A DNA stretch of 64,000 nucleotides from Octopus vulgaris (taxonomy: Eukaryota), in NCBI GenBank assembly GCA_951406725.2, contig OX597832.1, forward strand, positions 42,718,001 through 42,782,000. Direction: 5' to 3'. Under the pieces are notes generated by a model. The model made no database searches. It saw nothing but the letters and a program-made list of their open reading frames with translations, and was not told the DNA's origin. The translations under genes were made by a program, and so were the position numbers. Every line of letters begins with the position of its first letter. The first letter of the stretch is position 1. Below, piece after piece: positions 61,395-64,000 of this stretch.

Positions 61395-61432
61395 TCTTTT
61401 ACGTTTCGAGCCTGCGCTTTTCGATAGAAAGA
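61395..61432 (-). ncRNA. Hammerhead-like motif family H2 (CUAUCGA, G5 mutated), in an element of about 61308-61480
   Basis: Minus strand: tcttt-CTATCGA-A-aagc(gcag)gctc-GAAAC-GTA-aaaga. Confidence 0.65.
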
Positions 61433-61510
61433 AACACAGAAATAAACAGGGAGAGAAAATACAAAAAGGTTTAGTGGCTATATAATACATATATTAAAAA
61501 AATACATATA

Positions 61511-61603
<93 letters not shown>

Positions 61604-61875
61604 CGTGCGTGTGTGTGTATGTGTGTGTATGTGTGTGTATATAGCTAAAGGAAGTATAAAAGAGAGGCGAGGGAAAAGGGAAATGGCCTCCATTTAGTTG
61701 GTCGTTGTTTTCTCGCCTCTGTCTCTTCTGGATGCGACGTCCAACTAGCTGGTCGTCATTTCCCTCTTCTCTCGCCTCTCGACAGTTTCTGGGGTCGCTC
61801 TGTTCGACTAAAGGCGGTACTCTAACATGGCCACAGTCAAATGAGTGAAACAAGTAAAAGAATAACAGAATAAAA

Positions 61876-61922
<47 letters not shown>

Positions 61923-61969
61923 TAGATAGATAGATAGATAGACAGATAAATAGATAGATAGGTAGATAT

Positions 61970-62195
61970 GTTTCTTTATTAGCCACACAGGGCTGCACAC
62001 ATACAGAACAAATTACAAGGTAGAGCTTTTCTTTTAAGGGTAAAAAAAAGGGGGTTGGTTTTCGATCAAAACGGATCGTAAAAGGAAAGAAAGAGGACAA
62101 AAAAGGGGAGGATTTAAAAAAAGGGGGGGGGAGGGAAAAAAGAAAAGGGGAAAGGAAAAAAAAGTTGATCAATAGGGATCGTAATCACAGAAATG
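61970..62195 (-). mobile_element. Putative LINE 3' UTR fragment inside (GATA)n
   Basis: Ends cagccctgtgtggctaataaagaaa, similar to the SINE A tail. Pyrimidine-rich on the minus strand; (GATA)n on both flanks. Confidence 0.55.
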
Positions 62196-62228
62196 ATAGA
62201 TAGCTAGCTAGCTAGCTAGCTAGCTAGC

Positions 62229-62283
<55 letters not shown>

Positions 62284-62859
62284 ATAGGTATCGTTATTAT
62301 CCTAAAGCTGGTCTGAGAATAAGAAAGTAAAGTTTACTGATGTGATGACTCAGATGTGAAACATTCCGTAATTCACCTAGACATAGTACATCAAGGACTT
62401 CTTTCTTAAACGTATCCTCTTTTTTATCACTAATTTACTTACCATTTCTAGAGAGTCGGTTGTCTGCATAAAGCCATCTCTTTCGAATAACGGACGGAGA
62501 TGTGAAGATGGCGGAAGTGATAAATAGCTTTTACATTATTAATTAAGATTAGATATCTCAATTATTGGAAATATATAGATGAGATAGGTGGTTGTATATG
62601 TTGGTTTGAAAGTTCGGAGTGTAAGGTGAGTAGAGGTGAATATTGTTGAGTGCAGCTTAAGGAGTTGAGTGAAAGTGCTTGAGGAAATTACTACGAGTAA
62701 TCAGATTTATTTGACAACACTTCCGACATGATTGCCACCCGATACCACACACAGACATAATATTCATACATTCACATATACATGCATACGTATATATATT
62801 ACGTAAATGTATACGTTTATCCAAATATGTATATACATATATAATATGTAAATTATTTA

Positions 62860-63090
62860 GGCGACGAGCTGGCAGAAACGTTAGCACGCTGGGCGAAATA
62901 CTAAGCGGTATTTCGTCTGCCGTTACGTTCTGAGTTCAAATTCCGCTGAGGTCGACTTTGCCTTTCATCCTTTCGGGGTCGATTAAATAAGTACCAGTTA
63001 CGCACTGGGGTCGATATAATTGACTTAATCCGCTTGTCTGTCCTTGTTTGTCCCTTCTGTGTTTAGCCCCTTGTGGGTAGTAAAGAAATA
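62860..63090 (+). mobile_element. SINE A full-length monomer with TSD
   Basis: TSD atataatatgtaaatta at 62839-62855 and 63092-63108. Confidence 0.92.
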
Positions 63091-63115
63091 CATATAATAT
63101 GTAAATTAATATATA

Positions 63116-63530
63116 CGAGGTCTGACCAATAAGTATCCGTACTGTTGTCATAGTAACGAAGATAAAGCACGTGGAGTAAGGTCACTTGCCACAGATTGAT
63201 CTTGAACTCTGCTGTGCAGGCGCATTAAATTTTAACGTTCTAACTCGCTTCCGCTGTTTACAGCAGTGCTTGGAAGGAAGGTGTGTAGCGTGTAAACGTC
63301 GCATTGACCATGACAGTTGTCAGTGTGATACGTACGCAGGGGCCGACGCAAAGTTGCAGAAGGTGGAGCGTATGAGTCGCACACAAGTGTACAAGTGGTT
63401 CATGCGTTTCCAAAGTGACCGAAGAAATATCGATATCGACGAATGTTCTGGAAGACCCGCAACCAGCAGAACTGCGAAAAACATCGCAGATGTGCGTGCA
63501 GCTCTGAGGAAAAATCGTCGAATCAAAACA
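63116..63530 (+). pseudogene. Mariner left end and N-terminal transposase remnant
   Basis: TA + cgaggtctgaccaataagtatccg terminus; [13 protein letters not shown]...[16 protein letters not shown]...NRR (mariner HTH region). Confidence 0.85.
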
Positions 63531-63532
63531 CG

Positions 63533-63667
<135 letters not shown>

Positions 63668-63900
63668 ATTCTTTTATTCTTTCAATTGTTTCAGCCATTT
63701 GTCTTCGGCCATGCTGGAGCACCGCCTTTAGTCGAACAAATCGACCCCAGTATTTATTCTCTGTAAACCTAGTATTTATTCTATCGGTCTCTTTTGCCGA
63801 ACGGCTAAGTTACGTGGACGTAAGCACATTGACATCGATTGGCAAGCGATGGTGGTGGTGCTGGTGGGGGGACAAACACAGACACACACATACACACACA
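63668..63900 (-). mobile_element. SINE B 3' half
   Basis: ggccatgctggagcaccgcc...ctatcggtctcttttgccgaac. Confidence 0.85.
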
Positions 63901-64000
63901 CACCAGGAACGCAGATGAAGGAAGCAGTATCAAATTCCATCATTCACCAAATGCCACATATCAGAGGTTTCATGTAGTGAAGGTGCATCGAAGCTAACAG

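Overview
Eukaryotic, AT-rich, gene-poor DNA made mostly of microsatellites and interspersed repeats. The SINE families and repeat make-up look like an octopus (coleoid cephalopod) genome; this is an inference from repeat content. Nearly all ORFs in the supplied track are microsatellite read-throughs, and I found no intact protein-coding gene. Recognisable elements: about five tRNA-derived SINE families (labelled A-E here), decayed mariner and Tc1 transposons, fragments of R4/Dong, RTE and CR1-group LINEs, and a Helitron-like non-autonomous element. Three signals stand out. (1) Eight minimal type I hammerhead-ribozyme motifs from about five unrelated short non-coding element families, one with a recurrent non-canonical core (U at position 6). 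(2) A SINE that forms 184-bp-period head-less concatemers, with junction sites that track its 3' tail variant, suggesting tail-guided self-targeting. (3) Orphan 3' tails homologous to that SINE, sitting inside different microsatellites, which are candidate partner-LINE ends. Coordinates were read by eye and boundaries of degenerate repeats are approximate.
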